Of a DNA stretch of 30,352 bases, positions 1 through 8,437 are shown piece by piece (within the stretch, counting starts at the first letter, position 1; every line of letters starts with the position of its first letter). Made by a program: the position numbers and the translations under genes. The notes below the pieces were generated by a model. It was not told where the DNA came from, did not search any database, and saw only the letters and a program-made list of their open reading frames with translations. Origin of the DNA: Betaproteobacteria bacterium (GTDB lineage: Bacteria > Pseudomonadota > Gammaproteobacteria > Burkholderiales > SG8-39); NCBI GenBank assembly GCA_004298295.1, contig SCUH01000269.1, positions 1 through 30,352 on the forward strand, read 5' to 3'.

Positions 1-1275
1 GCGGTTGCGCAGCCGCTGCTCGCCGAGGTCCTCGACCGAGGCGTCGACGCCGCTCGCCAGCTGATCGCGCACCGGCGCGGAAACCACCGTCTCGCCGGGA
101 TTCGCCAGTTCGGCCAGGCCGGCCGCGACGTTCACCCCGTCGCCCAGCAGGTTGAAGGTTTCGACGATGACGTCGGCGAGGTGAATTCCGACGCGCAGCG
201 CGAGGGGCGGCGCGGTGGTCTCCGAGTTGAATCGCGCGAGGCTGCGTTGCAGCTCGAAGGCGCACTCGAGCGCATGAACGCCATCCGGAAAATCGGCGAC
301 CAGTTCGCCGCTCTGCAGCTTCGACAGGCTGCGGCCGGCGTTGGACGGAATCGCCTGCGCGTTGGCGTGCGCGAAAAACGCCCGCCAGCGCTGGATGGTG
401 CGTTCCTCGTCGCGCTCCATCATGGCCACGGCATCGAAGGCGACGGCGACGAGAATCGCGCGCCGCTCGCGCCGGGAGCGCACGCCCGTGCATCCAGTCG
501 GTTCGACTGAGGCGATCTCCTGAAACGGCAGTCGTTCGGGACGAGATTCCGCCGCCAGCTGCTCCAGTGCGGCCACGTCGCGCAGCACGAGGGCGCGGCC
601 GGCGCGCTCGAGCAAACCGTTGCGGACCAGACGGGAGAGTTCGCGCGTCACCTCCTCGCGGGACGTGCCCACATGGCTGGCGATCTCCCGATGCGTCGGC
701 GCGCGTTCGATGCGGGACATATTGGCCTGCACGCCCGCAAGCCGGGCGAGGCGCAGCAGCTCGAGCCAGACCCTGGCCTGCACGCGCTGGGCGCCGAGGT
801 CGATCAGGCGATCGGCCAGCTCGCGCACACTACCGCTCAGGCGGCGGAGCACGTGCTCGCGCACCGAGGCGTGATTCGCGAGGATGGCCCGAAACGCCTC
901 CGGCGGCAGCGACGCGAGCAGCGACTCGCGTGCCGCGACAACGTCGGCCATGTGGGTGCGGCCGTCGATGGCGGAATGTTCGCCGAACAATTCCCCAGCC
1001 GGCAGGTCCCGCAATATGATCTGGCGCCCGCGCCCGGCCGCAGCCGAAACGCGCACCATGCCGGCGATCACGAAATGAACGTCGCGATCCTCGCCGTCGC
1101 GCCGGATGACGTACTGGTTGCGCTTATAGCGCGTCCATTTGCACTGATCCGCGATCTCCCTGAGGGTGCGCGCGTCCAGCCCCTTCAGGATAGTGACCCT
1201 TTGCAGGCCGAGCACCGCCGAGGCGCGGATGGCGCGATTCTTGGTTGCGCCGCGGCGCTGCCGTGCGGTTGCCAT
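1..1275 (-). CDS. Crp/Fnr-family regulator (cNMP-binding domain + HTH) fused to a degenerate class III adenylate/guanylate cyclase-like domain; 3'-partial, runs off the left edge
   Basis: Manual translation gives a stop-free minus-strand frame from ATG 1275 to position 1 (425 codons), not listed in the ORF track. It contains a cNMP-binding region (VHFVIAGMVRV...GELFGEHSAIDG), a Crp HTH (PTHREIASHVGTSREEVTRELSRL) and cyclase-like motifs (LRVGIHLADV, LLGDGVNVAA, PGETVVS, EDLGEQRLRN). Confidence 0.88.
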   Translation of the reverse strand, partial: MATARQRRGATKNRAIRASAVLGLQRVTILKGLDARTLREIADQCKWTRYKRNQYVIRRDGEDRDVHFVIAGMVRVSAAAGRGRQIILRDLPAGELFGEHSAIDGRTHMADVVAARESLLASLPPEAFRAILANHASVREHVLRRLSGSVRELADRLIDLGAQRVQARVWLELLRLARLAGVQANMSRIERAPTHREIASHVGTSREEVTRELSRLVRNGLLERAGRALVLRDVAALEQLAAESRPERLPFQEIASVEPTGCTGVRSRRERRAILVAVAFDAVAMMERDEERTIQRWRAFFAHANAQAIPSNAGRSLSKLQSGELVADFPDGVHALECAFELQRSLARFNSETTAPPLALRVGIHLADVIVETFNLLGDGVNVAAGLAELANPGETVVSAPVRDQLASGVDASVEDLGEQRLRNR

Positions 1276-1576
1276 CAATTCGCCTTCGGCCGCTTCAATT
1301 CTGGAGGGTGTTGCGCACAGTCATGTCGTTCAGGTAGCCATGGGAAAGCGACCTGCCGATTCTAGACCGCTGCGACGGCCGCAATCGCCGCCACCTCGCA
1401 CGCGCGCACGCACTCCAGTATCAGACGCGCCACGCCCGCCAGCACCCATGCCGTCGCCGCCGTCTCCACAGTATCCGTCTCCCCGGAACGTGAGCGCTTG
1501 CGCTGCCGCGGGCATAGAATACCCCAATGGATCTGGGTTTCTGATCAGCGGCGCCGGATCGGATCGGGGGGTCACG

Positions 1577-2671
1577 ATGGCACAAGCGGTTTCGCATGAA
1601 CTTCTGCAGCGAATCCGGGACATCATCGCTGCGGAAACGGGCGTCGACCCTTCGCCCGAGGTCCTTGAGCGGCTGCAGGCCACCCTCGCCACCGCCCCGG
1701 ATCAGGCCGCAGCGACGCCGCCCGCCGCAGAGACCTCGAGCCGCGAAGTCACCGTCCTGCTCGCCGACCTGCGCGGCTTCAGCTCGATCTCCGAAGCCTA
1801 TCCGGTGGCGAAGGTGCTCGAGCTGCTCAACCGCTACCTCGGGCGCATGTGCGAGATCGCGGTGCGCAACGGCGGCACCATCGACAAGTTCATGGGCGAT
1901 TCGATCATGGTGCTGTTCGGCGCCCCGCAGCAGGGCGACGACGACGCACGGCGCGCCGTGACCTGCGCGGCGCAGATGCAGATCGCGATGGACGAGGTCA
2001 ACCGCGAGCACGCCGCGCTCAAGCTGCCGGAGCTCTTCATGGGCATCGGCATCAACACCGGCCGCGTCATGGCGGGGCTCCTCGGCTCCGAGCTGCATTC
2101 GGAGTACACGGTCATCGGCGACGAGGTGAACTTCGCCTCGCGCATCGAGACCTTCAGCCTGCGCGGCCAGGTGCTGGTGAGCGAGAGCACCTTCGAGCTC
2201 TGCCGCGGCTACGTCGCCACGGCCGCGCCGATGGACGTGCACGTCAAGGGCAAGTCCAAACCGGTGCGCCTGCACGAAGTGCTGGCGATCCCGTCCCTCG
2301 GCCTGCAGCTGCCGCGGCAGGAAGTGCGCAAGAGCCCGCGCGTCGAGGTGAGGATCCCGTTCACCTACCAGCCGGTGATCGACAAGATCGTGATGCCGCA
2401 GGTGCGCACCGGCGTGATCCTCGACCTGGGCTATCACGGCATCTTCGCCGAGGTCGAGCCGGGCCTGACGACCCATTCCGACATCCGCCTGGGCCTGGAT
2501 CTTTCGCTCGTCGGCGGCCGCGCCGACGATGTCTACGCCAAGGTGCTCGGCACGCACGCCAACAAGGGCCGCCACATGGCGAGCATGGAATTCACTTCGG
2601 TCAGCGTGCCGGGCAACGCCGCCATCCGGCAGTTCGTGCAGACGCTGATCCAGGGCAGCCCGACGAAGTAG
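1577..2671 (+). CDS. Class III adenylate cyclase with C-terminal PilZ domain
   Basis: Cyclase motifs are TVLLADLRGFS, IDKFMGDSIM, IGINTG and EYTVIGDEVNFASRIE. PilZ motifs are RKSPR (RxxxR) and DLGYHG 27 residues later. ATG 1577 is preferred over the track start at 1166, whose extension overlaps the divergent Crp gene. Confidence 0.88.
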   Translation: MAQAVSHELLQRIRDIIAAETGVDPSPEVLERLQATLATAPDQAAATPPAAETSSREVTVLLADLRGFSSISEAYPVAKVLELLNRYLGRMCEIAVRNGGTIDKFMGDSIMVLFGAPQQGDDDARRAVTCAAQMQIAMDEVNREHAALKLPELFMGIGINTGRVMAGLLGSELHSEYTVIGDEVNFASRIETFSLRGQVLVSESTFELCRGYVATAAPMDVHVKGKSKPVRLHEVLAIPSLGLQLPRQEVRKSPRVEVRIPFTYQPVIDKIVMPQVRTGVILDLGYHGIFAEVEPGLTTHSDIRLGLDLSLVGGRADDVYAKVLGTHANKGRHMASMEFTSVSVPGNAAIRQFVQTLIQGSPTK

Positions 2672-2701
2672 CGCGACACCGGGATTTGCGCGGCCGCGAT
2701 C

Positions 2702-2899
2702 TCAGTCCCGCTCGCGCGGCTGCGGGATCACGGTCTCCACCGGCTTGCCGTCGCGGTAGTAGGTGCGTTCCGCCTGGCGTGCCATCATGGTGAAGCGCCA
2801 CGCGTCATCCAGCCAGCGCAGCTTGGCGACCGCAGGCAGCGCGCTGTAATAAAGGATCTGCTCGTCGGTGCGCTCGTAACTGTAGTCGTAGCTGTCCAT
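2702..2899 (-). CDS. Small hypothetical protein (65 aa; alternative TTG start 2908), putative partner or antitoxin of the adjacent nucleotidyltransferase
   Basis: Starts at or overlapping the NTase stop codon. It has a plausible amphipathic helix (DEQILYYSALPAVAKLRWLDDAWRF). Confidence 0.6.
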   Translation of the reverse strand: MDSYDYSYERTDEQILYYSALPAVAKLRWLDDAWRFTMMARQAERTYYRDGKPVETVIPQPRERD

Positions 2900-2904
2900 T
2901 TCGC

Positions 2905-3414
2905 TCAATCGTCCCGTCGCCGGCTGCGCAACATCTCAAGCCGGTGGAGCGTCTCGATGTCGGAGCGGTCGATCTGCCGGCCGGTGCCGGATTTTAGCGC
3001 GATCAGATCCGGTACCGAGATCGCGGAAACATCGAAATCTTCCACCTTGAACGTCACCCGCCGCTCGTAGGCCGGCTCGAATGGCACTGCGGGCTTGACC
3101 AGCACATCGAGCGAGGGTCCATGGCCCTCGGCAGGTCGAAGCTGGAATGCAAGCATGTGCTTGTCCCGGATCCAGCTCTCCACTGTCGCCGCATCACAAA
3201 ATTGCTCCATCGTCACAAGCGGATTCGCCGGCTTGAGCTTCAATGGCCGGATTGCCGCGAGGAAGCGCTGCAGATTCTCCGCGTCCAGAGCGAGCATGAT
3301 GTCCACGTCCATGGTCATGCGCTCCGCGCCATGCAGATTGGCTGCGACGCCACCTACGACAAGGTAGCGCACCCGCTCCTGTGCCAGTAGCCGAAAAAGA
3401 TCGACGAAGAACAT
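2905..3414 (-). CDS. Nucleotidyltransferase-fold protein (DUF6036 / AbiEii-like)
   Basis: Has the GGVAANLHGAERMTMDVD motif (GG-x-A...R-x-T-x-D-x-D) and C-terminal LIALK...GR-x-x-D-x-x-D. An SD-like GGGAGG lies inside the rmuC 3' end. Confidence 0.8.
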   Translation of the reverse strand: MFFVDLFRLLAQERVRYLVVGGVAANLHGAERMTMDVDIMLALDAENLQRFLAAIRPLKLKPANPLVTMEQFCDAATVESWIRDKHMLAFQLRPAEGHGPSLDVLVKPAVPFEPAYERRVTFKVEDFDVSAISVPDLIALKSGTGRQIDRSDIETLHRLEMLRSRRRDD

Positions 3415-3417
3415 CCG

Positions 3418-4542
3418 CTAACCTCCCGGCTTGCGCTCGGCCTCCAGCCGCGCCACGTGCGGCGCGGCGGTCGGCTCCTCGATCTCGGCCGCCTCGATCC
3501 TCTGGAACTGCTGGCTGATCTTGTCGCCGGTGATCTGGATCTTTTCGGCGTCCTCGTGCGCCTGGCGGATGTGGTCGGCGAGCTTGCGGAGGCGCTCGTC
3601 GAAACGGCCGAACTCCACCGCGAGCCGCGCCAGCGCCTCCTTGATGACGTGGATCTGCTTGCGCGTCTCGACGTCCTTCAGCACGGCGCGCGCGGTGTTG
3701 AGCACCGCCATCAGCGTCGTCGGCGAGACGATCCAGACGCGCCGCGCCATCGCGTAGTCGACCACCTCGTAGTGGTAGGCGTGGATTTCGGCAAACACCG
3801 CTTCCGCCGGGACGAACATCACCGCGCCGTCCGAGGTTTCGTTGGCGATGATGTATTTCTTCGCGATGTCGTCGACGTGTTTCCTCACGTCCAGCCGGAA
3901 CTGCTTCTGCGCCAGCGAGCGATCGGCGTCGTTCGCCTCGCGCTCGAACATGCGGTTGTAGTTCTCCAGCGGAAATTTCGAATCGACGCAGACCAGGCCC
4001 GTGGGCGCGGGAAGCTTCAGCACGCAGTCGGCGCGCATGCCGTTGGACAGCGTGTACTGCATCTCGAAGGCGGCGGTGGGCAGGGTGTTGCGCACCAGCG
4101 CCTCGAGCTGCACTTCGCCGAAGGTGCCGCGCGTCTTCTTGTCGCCGAGCAGCTCCTGCAGCGACACCACGCTGCCGGTGAGGATCTCGATCTTCTTCTG
4201 CGCCTCGTCGATGGTCGCCAGCCGCTGCATGACGTTGACGAACGTGTCGTTGGTCTTGCGGAAACCCTCGTCGAGGCGCTCGTTGACGCGATGCGAGATC
4301 TGGTCGAGGCGGCTCGCCAGGCTCTCGCCGATCGAGAGCTCCAGCCGGTGCAGCGTGTCACGGGTGCGGTTCAATTCGTCCGACAGGCGCGCGGCCAGGC
4401 GGTCCGACTGCTGCGCGAGACCGCCGTGCAGGTCGAGCAGCATGTGGCGGTGCTTGTCTTCGAGGCTGCGGTGCGTGCGCAGCACCAGCCAGATCGCGAG
4501 ACCCAGGACGACCAGAGCGATGACGATCGCGGATTCAGCCAT
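3418..4542 (-). CDS. rmuC: DNA recombination protein RmuC
   Basis: N-terminal TM segment, coiled coil, and motifs KTRGTFGEVQLE, VDSKFPLENY and AVMFVPAEAVFAEI. Confidence 0.93.
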   Translation of the reverse strand: MAESAIVIALVVLGLAIWLVLRTHRSLEDKHRHMLLDLHGGLAQQSDRLAARLSDELNRTRDTLHRLELSIGESLASRLDQISHRVNERLDEGFRKTNDTFVNVMQRLATIDEAQKKIEILTGSVVSLQELLGDKKTRGTFGEVQLEALVRNTLPTAAFEMQYTLSNGMRADCVLKLPAPTGLVCVDSKFPLENYNRMFEREANDADRSLAQKQFRLDVRKHVDDIAKKYIIANETSDGAVMFVPAEAVFAEIHAYHYEVVDYAMARRVWIVSPTTLMAVLNTARAVLKDVETRKQIHVIKEALARLAVEFGRFDERLRKLADHIRQAHEDAEKIQITGDKISQQFQRIEAAEIEEPTAAPHVARLEAERKPGG

Positions 4543-4547
4543 GCCCG

Positions 4548-4553
4548 ATTCTA
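4548..4553 (-). promoter_or_regulatory. Putative sigma70 -10 box (TAGAAT) 5 nt before the rmuC ATG; probable leaderless transcript
   Basis: Minus strand reads TAGAAT-CGGGC-ATG, with no SD sequence. Confidence 0.55.
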
Positions 4554-4601
4554 TCGAGCGCGGCGCGCCACCGCTCCCGCGCGGCGTCCGGCCGCGGCGA
4601 A

Positions 4602-4615
4602 TTGACGCATATCAA
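4602..4615 (+). promoter_or_regulatory. FNR-type box upstream of the nap operon
   Basis: TTGAC-GCAT-ATCAA has one mismatch to TTGAT-N4-ATCAA. A -10-like TAGCAT at 4637-4642 puts the box centre near -41, which is class II geometry. Confidence 0.75.
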
Positions 4616-4662
4616 GAGGCCGATTTGCCGATGATCTAGCATTGGTGCGAAGCAACAACCTC

Positions 4663-4971
4663 ATGCGGGTCGCAGTGAAGCAATCCAGAAGAAGGTTCCT
4701 GATGCTCGGGGAGCCGGCCTCTGCGCAACTGCCCGCCACGGGATTCGCCCGCAGGGCGCGCATCAGCGAGCAATGCCTTGCCGCGCGCGGCATCGTGTGC
4801 CGCACCTGCGGCGGGCACTGCGAGCCACACGCGATCGGCTTCCGGCTGCTGCCGGCCGGGCGATCCTTTCCCCTCATCGACGACACGCGCTGCAACGCCT
4901 GCGGCGAGTGCGTGCGCGTCTGCCCGGCGCAAGCCGTTTCGCTGCACCTGATCGAGACCGCGCCGGCATGA
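4663..4971 (+). CDS. napF: Ferredoxin-type protein NapF, shortened (start uncertain: 4663 ATG or 4675 GTG)
   Basis: SRRRFL N-terminus and Cys motifs CLAARGIVCRTCGGHC and CNACGECVRVCP. It is the first gene of the nap operon. Confidence 0.75.
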   Translation: MRVAVKQSRRRFLMLGEPASAQLPATGFARRARISEQCLAARGIVCRTCGGHCEPHAIGFRLLPAGRSFPLIDDTRCNACGECVRVCPAQAVSLHLIETAPA

Positions 4972-5216
4972 ACATCTCCGGCATCGTGTTGCGCGCAAGT
5001 CCGGAGAACGCCGCCGGAGTGCGCGCCTCGGTCGCCGCGCTGCCCGGGGTCGAAGTGCATGCCGCGACCCATGACGGCCGGCTGGTGCTCACCCTCGAGG
5101 ACGCCGGCACCGCGAGCGCGGCGGACACCTTCGTGAAACTGCACGACATCCAGGGCGTGATGTCGGTGTCGATGATCTACCAGTATTCGGATGATTCGGG
5201 AATCCAGGAGGCTTGA
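4968..5216 (+). CDS. napD: NapD chaperone
   Basis: 82 aa (MNISGIVL...LPGVEVHA...GRLVLTLE...[10 protein letters not shown]), ATGA overlap with napF, directly before napA. Confidence 0.9.
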   Translation: MNISGIVLRASPENAAGVRASVAALPGVEVHAATHDGRLVLTLEDAGTASAADTFVKLHDIQGVMSVSMIYQYSDDSGIQEA

Positions 5217-5218
5217 CC

Positions 5219-7708
5219 ATGAATCTCAGCAGACGCGATTTCATCAAGGCCAACGCCGCCACCGCGGCAGCCGCGGCAGCCGGCGTGACGCTGCCGGGCA
5301 CCGGGGTGCTCGCGCAGCCCAAGGATGACATCCGCTGGGACAAGGCGCCGTGCCGTTTCTGCGGCACCGGCTGCAGCGTGCTGGTAGGCACCAAGGACGG
5401 CCGCGTGGTCGCGACGCAGGGCGATCCGGATGCACCGGTCAACAAGGGTCTCAACTGCATCAAGGGCTACTTTCTCTCCAAGATCATGTACGGCGAGGAC
5501 CGCCTCAAGCAGCCGCTCCTGCGCATGAAGAACGGCAAATACGACAAGGCGGGCGAATTCACGCCGGTCAGCTGGAAGCAGGCCTTTGACCTCATGGCCG
5601 AGAAGTGGAAGGTGGCGCTCAAGGCCGACGGTCCTGCGGCGGTCGGCATGTTCGGCTCGGGCCAGTGGACCATCTGGGAGGGCTACGCCGCGGCGAAGCT
5701 CTACAAGGCGGGCTTCCGCTCCAACAACCTCGACCCGAACGCGCGCCACTGCATGGCGAGCGCGGTGGCGGGCTTCATGCGCACGTTCGGCATCGACGAA
5801 CCGATGGGCTGCTACGACGATCTCGAGCACGCCGACGCCTTCGTGCTCTGGGGCTCGAACATGGCCGAGATGCATCCCGTGCTGTGGTCGCGGCTGACCG
5901 ACCGCCGCCTCACCAACCCGAAGGTGAGAGTCGTCGTGCTCTCGACCTTCGAGCATCGCTCGTTCGAGCTGGCCGACCTGCCGATCATCTTCACGCCGCA
6001 GACCGACCTCGCGATCCTCAACTACATCGCGAACCACATCATCCAGTCGGGCAAGGTGAACCAGGACTTCGTCAAGAAGCACGTCAATTTCGCCGCCGGC
6101 GCGACGGACATCGGCTACGGCCTGCGGCCGGCGCACGCACTGGAGAAAGACGCCAAGGACCTCAAGGACACCAACGCCTCGAAACCGATCAGCTTCGACG
6201 AATACAGGAAGTTCGTCTCCGAGTACACCGCCGAAAAGGTTGCCAAGCTTTCGGGCGTTTCGGTCAAGGACTTGAAAACACTGGCAGAAATTTACGCTGA
6301 CCCCAAATTGAAGGTGGTGTCGTACTGGACGATGGGCTTCAACCAGCACACGCGCGGCACGTGGGTGAACAACCTCGTCTACAACGTGCACCTGCTGACC
6401 GGGAAGATTTCGGAGCCGGGCAACGGCCCGTTCTCGCTCACCGGGCAGCCTTCGGCCTGCGGCACGGCGCGCGAAGTGGGAACCTTTTCGCACCGCCTGC
6501 CCGCCGACATGGTGGTCACGAATCCGAAACACCGCGAGCTCACCGAAAAGCTGTGGCAGCTGCCCGAGGGCACGCTGCCCGACAAGATCGGTCTGCACGC
6601 GGTGGCGCAATCGCGCGCGCTGAAGGACGGCAAGCTCAAGTGCTACTGGACTTCGACCACCAACAACATGCAGGCCGGGCCGAACATCAACGGCGAGATC
6701 CTGCCGGGATGGCGCAACCCGGCGACCTTCGTGGTCGTGTCGGATGCCTATCCGACGGTGAGCGCGCTCGCCGCCGACCTGATCCTGCCCTCGGCCATGT
6801 GGGTGGAAAAGGAAGGCGCCTACGGCAACGCCGAGCGGCGCACCCAGTTCTGGCGCCAGATGGTCAAGGCGCCCGGCGAGTCGAAGTCCGACCTCTGGCA
6901 GTACCTCGAGTTCGCCAAGCGCTTCAAGGTCGAGGAGGTCTGGCCCGCCGAGCTGATCGCGAAGAAGCCCGCGTACAAGGGCAAGACGCTGTACGACGTC
7001 CTCTTTGCCAACGGCGTCGTCGACAGATTCAAGCTCAAGGAGCTGCCGAAAGATGGCTACATCAGCGAGGAGACGAAGGACTTCGGCTTCTATCCGCAGA
7101 AGGGCCTCTGGGAAGAGTACCGGCAGTTCGGCAGCGGCAAGGCGCATGACCTGGCCGAGTTCGATACGTATCACAAGGTGCGCGGTCTGCGCTGGCCGGT
7201 GGTCGACGGCAAGGAAACGCTCTGGCGCTTCAGGGAAGGCTACGACCCGTACGTGAAGAAGGGCGAGGGCTTGCGTTTCTACGGCAAGCCCGACGGCAAG
7301 GCCGTGATCTTCGCCTTGCCCTACCAGCCCGCGGCCGAGTCGCCCGACAAGGAGTACGACCTGTGGCTGTGCACCGGGCGCGTGCTGGAGCACTGGCACA
7401 CGGGTTCGATGACGCGACGCGTACCCGAGCTGTACCGCGCCTTCCCCGACGCGGTCGTGTTCATGCATCCCAACGACGCCCAGAAGCGCGGACTGCAGCG
7501 CGGTGTGGAAGCCAAGCTCGTTTCGCGGCGCGGCGAGATGATCGCGCGCATCGAGACGCGCGGCCGCAACAAGGTGCCCGAGGGCCTCGTGTTCGTGCCG
7601 TTCTTCGATGCCGGGCGGCTGGTCAACAAGCTCACGCTGGATGCCACCTGCCCGATCTCCCGTGAAACCGATTTCAAGAAATGCGCGGTGAGAATCACGA
7701 GGGTGTAG
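5219..7708 (+). CDS. napA: Periplasmic nitrate reductase catalytic subunit
   Basis: Tat signal SRRDFIK, [4Fe-4S] motif CRFCGTGC...C, Mo ligand [21 protein letters not shown] and C-terminal DFKKCAV. SD AGGAG precedes ATG 5219. Confidence 0.98.
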   Translation: MNLSRRDFIKANAATAAAAAAGVTLPGTGVLAQPKDDIRWDKAPCRFCGTGCSVLVGTKDGRVVATQGDPDAPVNKGLNCIKGYFLSKIMYGEDRLKQPLLRMKNGKYDKAGEFTPVSWKQAFDLMAEKWKVALKADGPAAVGMFGSGQWTIWEGYAAAKLYKAGFRSNNLDPNARHCMASAVAGFMRTFGIDEPMGCYDDLEHADAFVLWGSNMAEMHPVLWSRLTDRRLTNPKVRVVVLSTFEHRSFELADLPIIFTPQTDLAILNYIANHIIQSGKVNQDFVKKHVNFAAGATDIGYGLRPAHALEKDAKDLKDTNASKPISFDEYRKFVSEYTAEKVAKLSGVSVKDLKTLAEIYADPKLKVVSYWTMGFNQHTRGTWVNNLVYNVHLLTGKISEPGNGPFSLTGQPSACGTAREVGTFSHRLPADMVVTNPKHRELTEKLWQLPEGTLPDKIGLHAVAQSRALKDGKLKCYWTSTTNNMQAGPNINGEILPGWRNPATFVVVSDAYPTVSALAADLILPSAMWVEKEGAYGNAERRTQFWRQMVKAPGESKSDLWQYLEFAKRFKVEEVWPAELIAKKPAYKGKTLYDVLFANGVVDRFKLKELPKDGYISEETKDFGFYPQKGLWEEYRQFGSGKAHDLAEFDTYHKVRGLRWPVVDGKETLWRFREGYDPYVKKGEGLRFYGKPDGKAVIFALPYQPAAESPDKEYDLWLCTGRVLEHWHTGSMTRRVPELYRAFPDAVVFMHPNDAQKRGLQRGVEAKLVSRRGEMIARIETRGRNKVPEGLVFVPFFDAGRLVNKLTLDATCPISRETDFKKCAVRITRV

Positions 7709-8437
7709 ATGGCCGCTCGCCGACAGATCCTGCAGGGGATGGCAGGCGCCGCGGGCTGCGCGGCACTCGCCGGCCTCGGCCTGGGACTGTATGCGCAGCA
7801 GACGCGCGCCTTGCCCGTGCGGGCGCTGCGCCCGCCGGGCGCGCAGCCCGAGGAAAAGTTTCTCGGCGCCTGCCTGCGCTGCGGCCTGTGCGTGCGCGCC
7901 TGTCCCTACAAGACGCTGCGCCTGGCGGAACTGGGCGACGGCGTGGTGAGCGGCACACCGTGGTTCACGGCGCGCAGGATCCCCTGCGAAATGTGCCCCG
8001 ACATTCCCTGCGTCAAGGCCTGTCCGAGCGGCGCGCTCGAGCCGTCGCTGCAAGACATCGACCGCGCGCGCATGGGGCTCGCCGTGATCGTCGACCAGGA
8101 AAACTGCCTCAATTACCAGGGGCTGCGCTGCGACGTCTGCTACCGGGTCTGCCCGCTGATCGGCAAGGCGATCACGCTCGAGCTGCGCCACAACGAGCGA
8201 ACCGGCAAGCACGCGATGTTCATCCCGACGGTGAATTCGAATCACTGCACCGGCTGCGGCAAGTGCGAGCGCGCCTGTGTGCTCGAGGAAGCCGCGATCA
8301 AGGTGCTGCCGCTGAAGCAGGCCAAGGGCGAACTGGGCCGGCACTACCGCCTCGGCTGGAAGGAAAAGGAAAAGGCCGGCCGGGCGCTCGGACCCGAAGC
8401 GCTCGAATTTCCGATCCGCAGGCCTGAACAGCGATGA
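7709..8437 (+). CDS. napG: Ferredoxin-type protein NapG
   Basis: LRPPGA motif and four Cys cluster motifs ([27 protein letters not shown]...[19 protein letters not shown]). Confidence 0.95.
   Translation: MAARRQILQGMAGAAGCAALAGLGLGLYAQQTRALPVRALRPPGAQPEEKFLGACLRCGLCVRACPYKTLRLAELGDGVVSGTPWFTARRIPCEMCPDIPCVKACPSGALEPSLQDIDRARMGLAVIVDQENCLNYQGLRCDVCYRVCPLIGKAITLELRHNERTGKHAMFIPTVNSNHCTGCGKCERACVLEEAAIKVLPLKQAKGELGRHYRLGWKEKEKAGRALGPEALEFPIRRPEQR

Noticed and set aside
181-1365. Plus-strand track ORFs at the left end
   Set aside because: They are antisense to the Crp-cyclase fusion, which explains the region with coherent domain motifs.
1276-1576. CRP operator in the divergent intergenic region
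   Set aside because: No convincing TGTGA-N6-TCACA or TTGAT-N4-ATCAA was found by eye. Only a -10-like TAGAAT (1515-1520) without a good -35 was seen, so autoregulation is not supported from sequence.
5177-8344. 1055-aa minus-strand ORF, and other long track ORFs (10501..12528 +, 16936..19527 -, 26816..29251 +)
   Set aside because: These are antisense or alternate-frame shadows of well-supported genes. They are expected in high-GC DNA and show no recognisable motifs.
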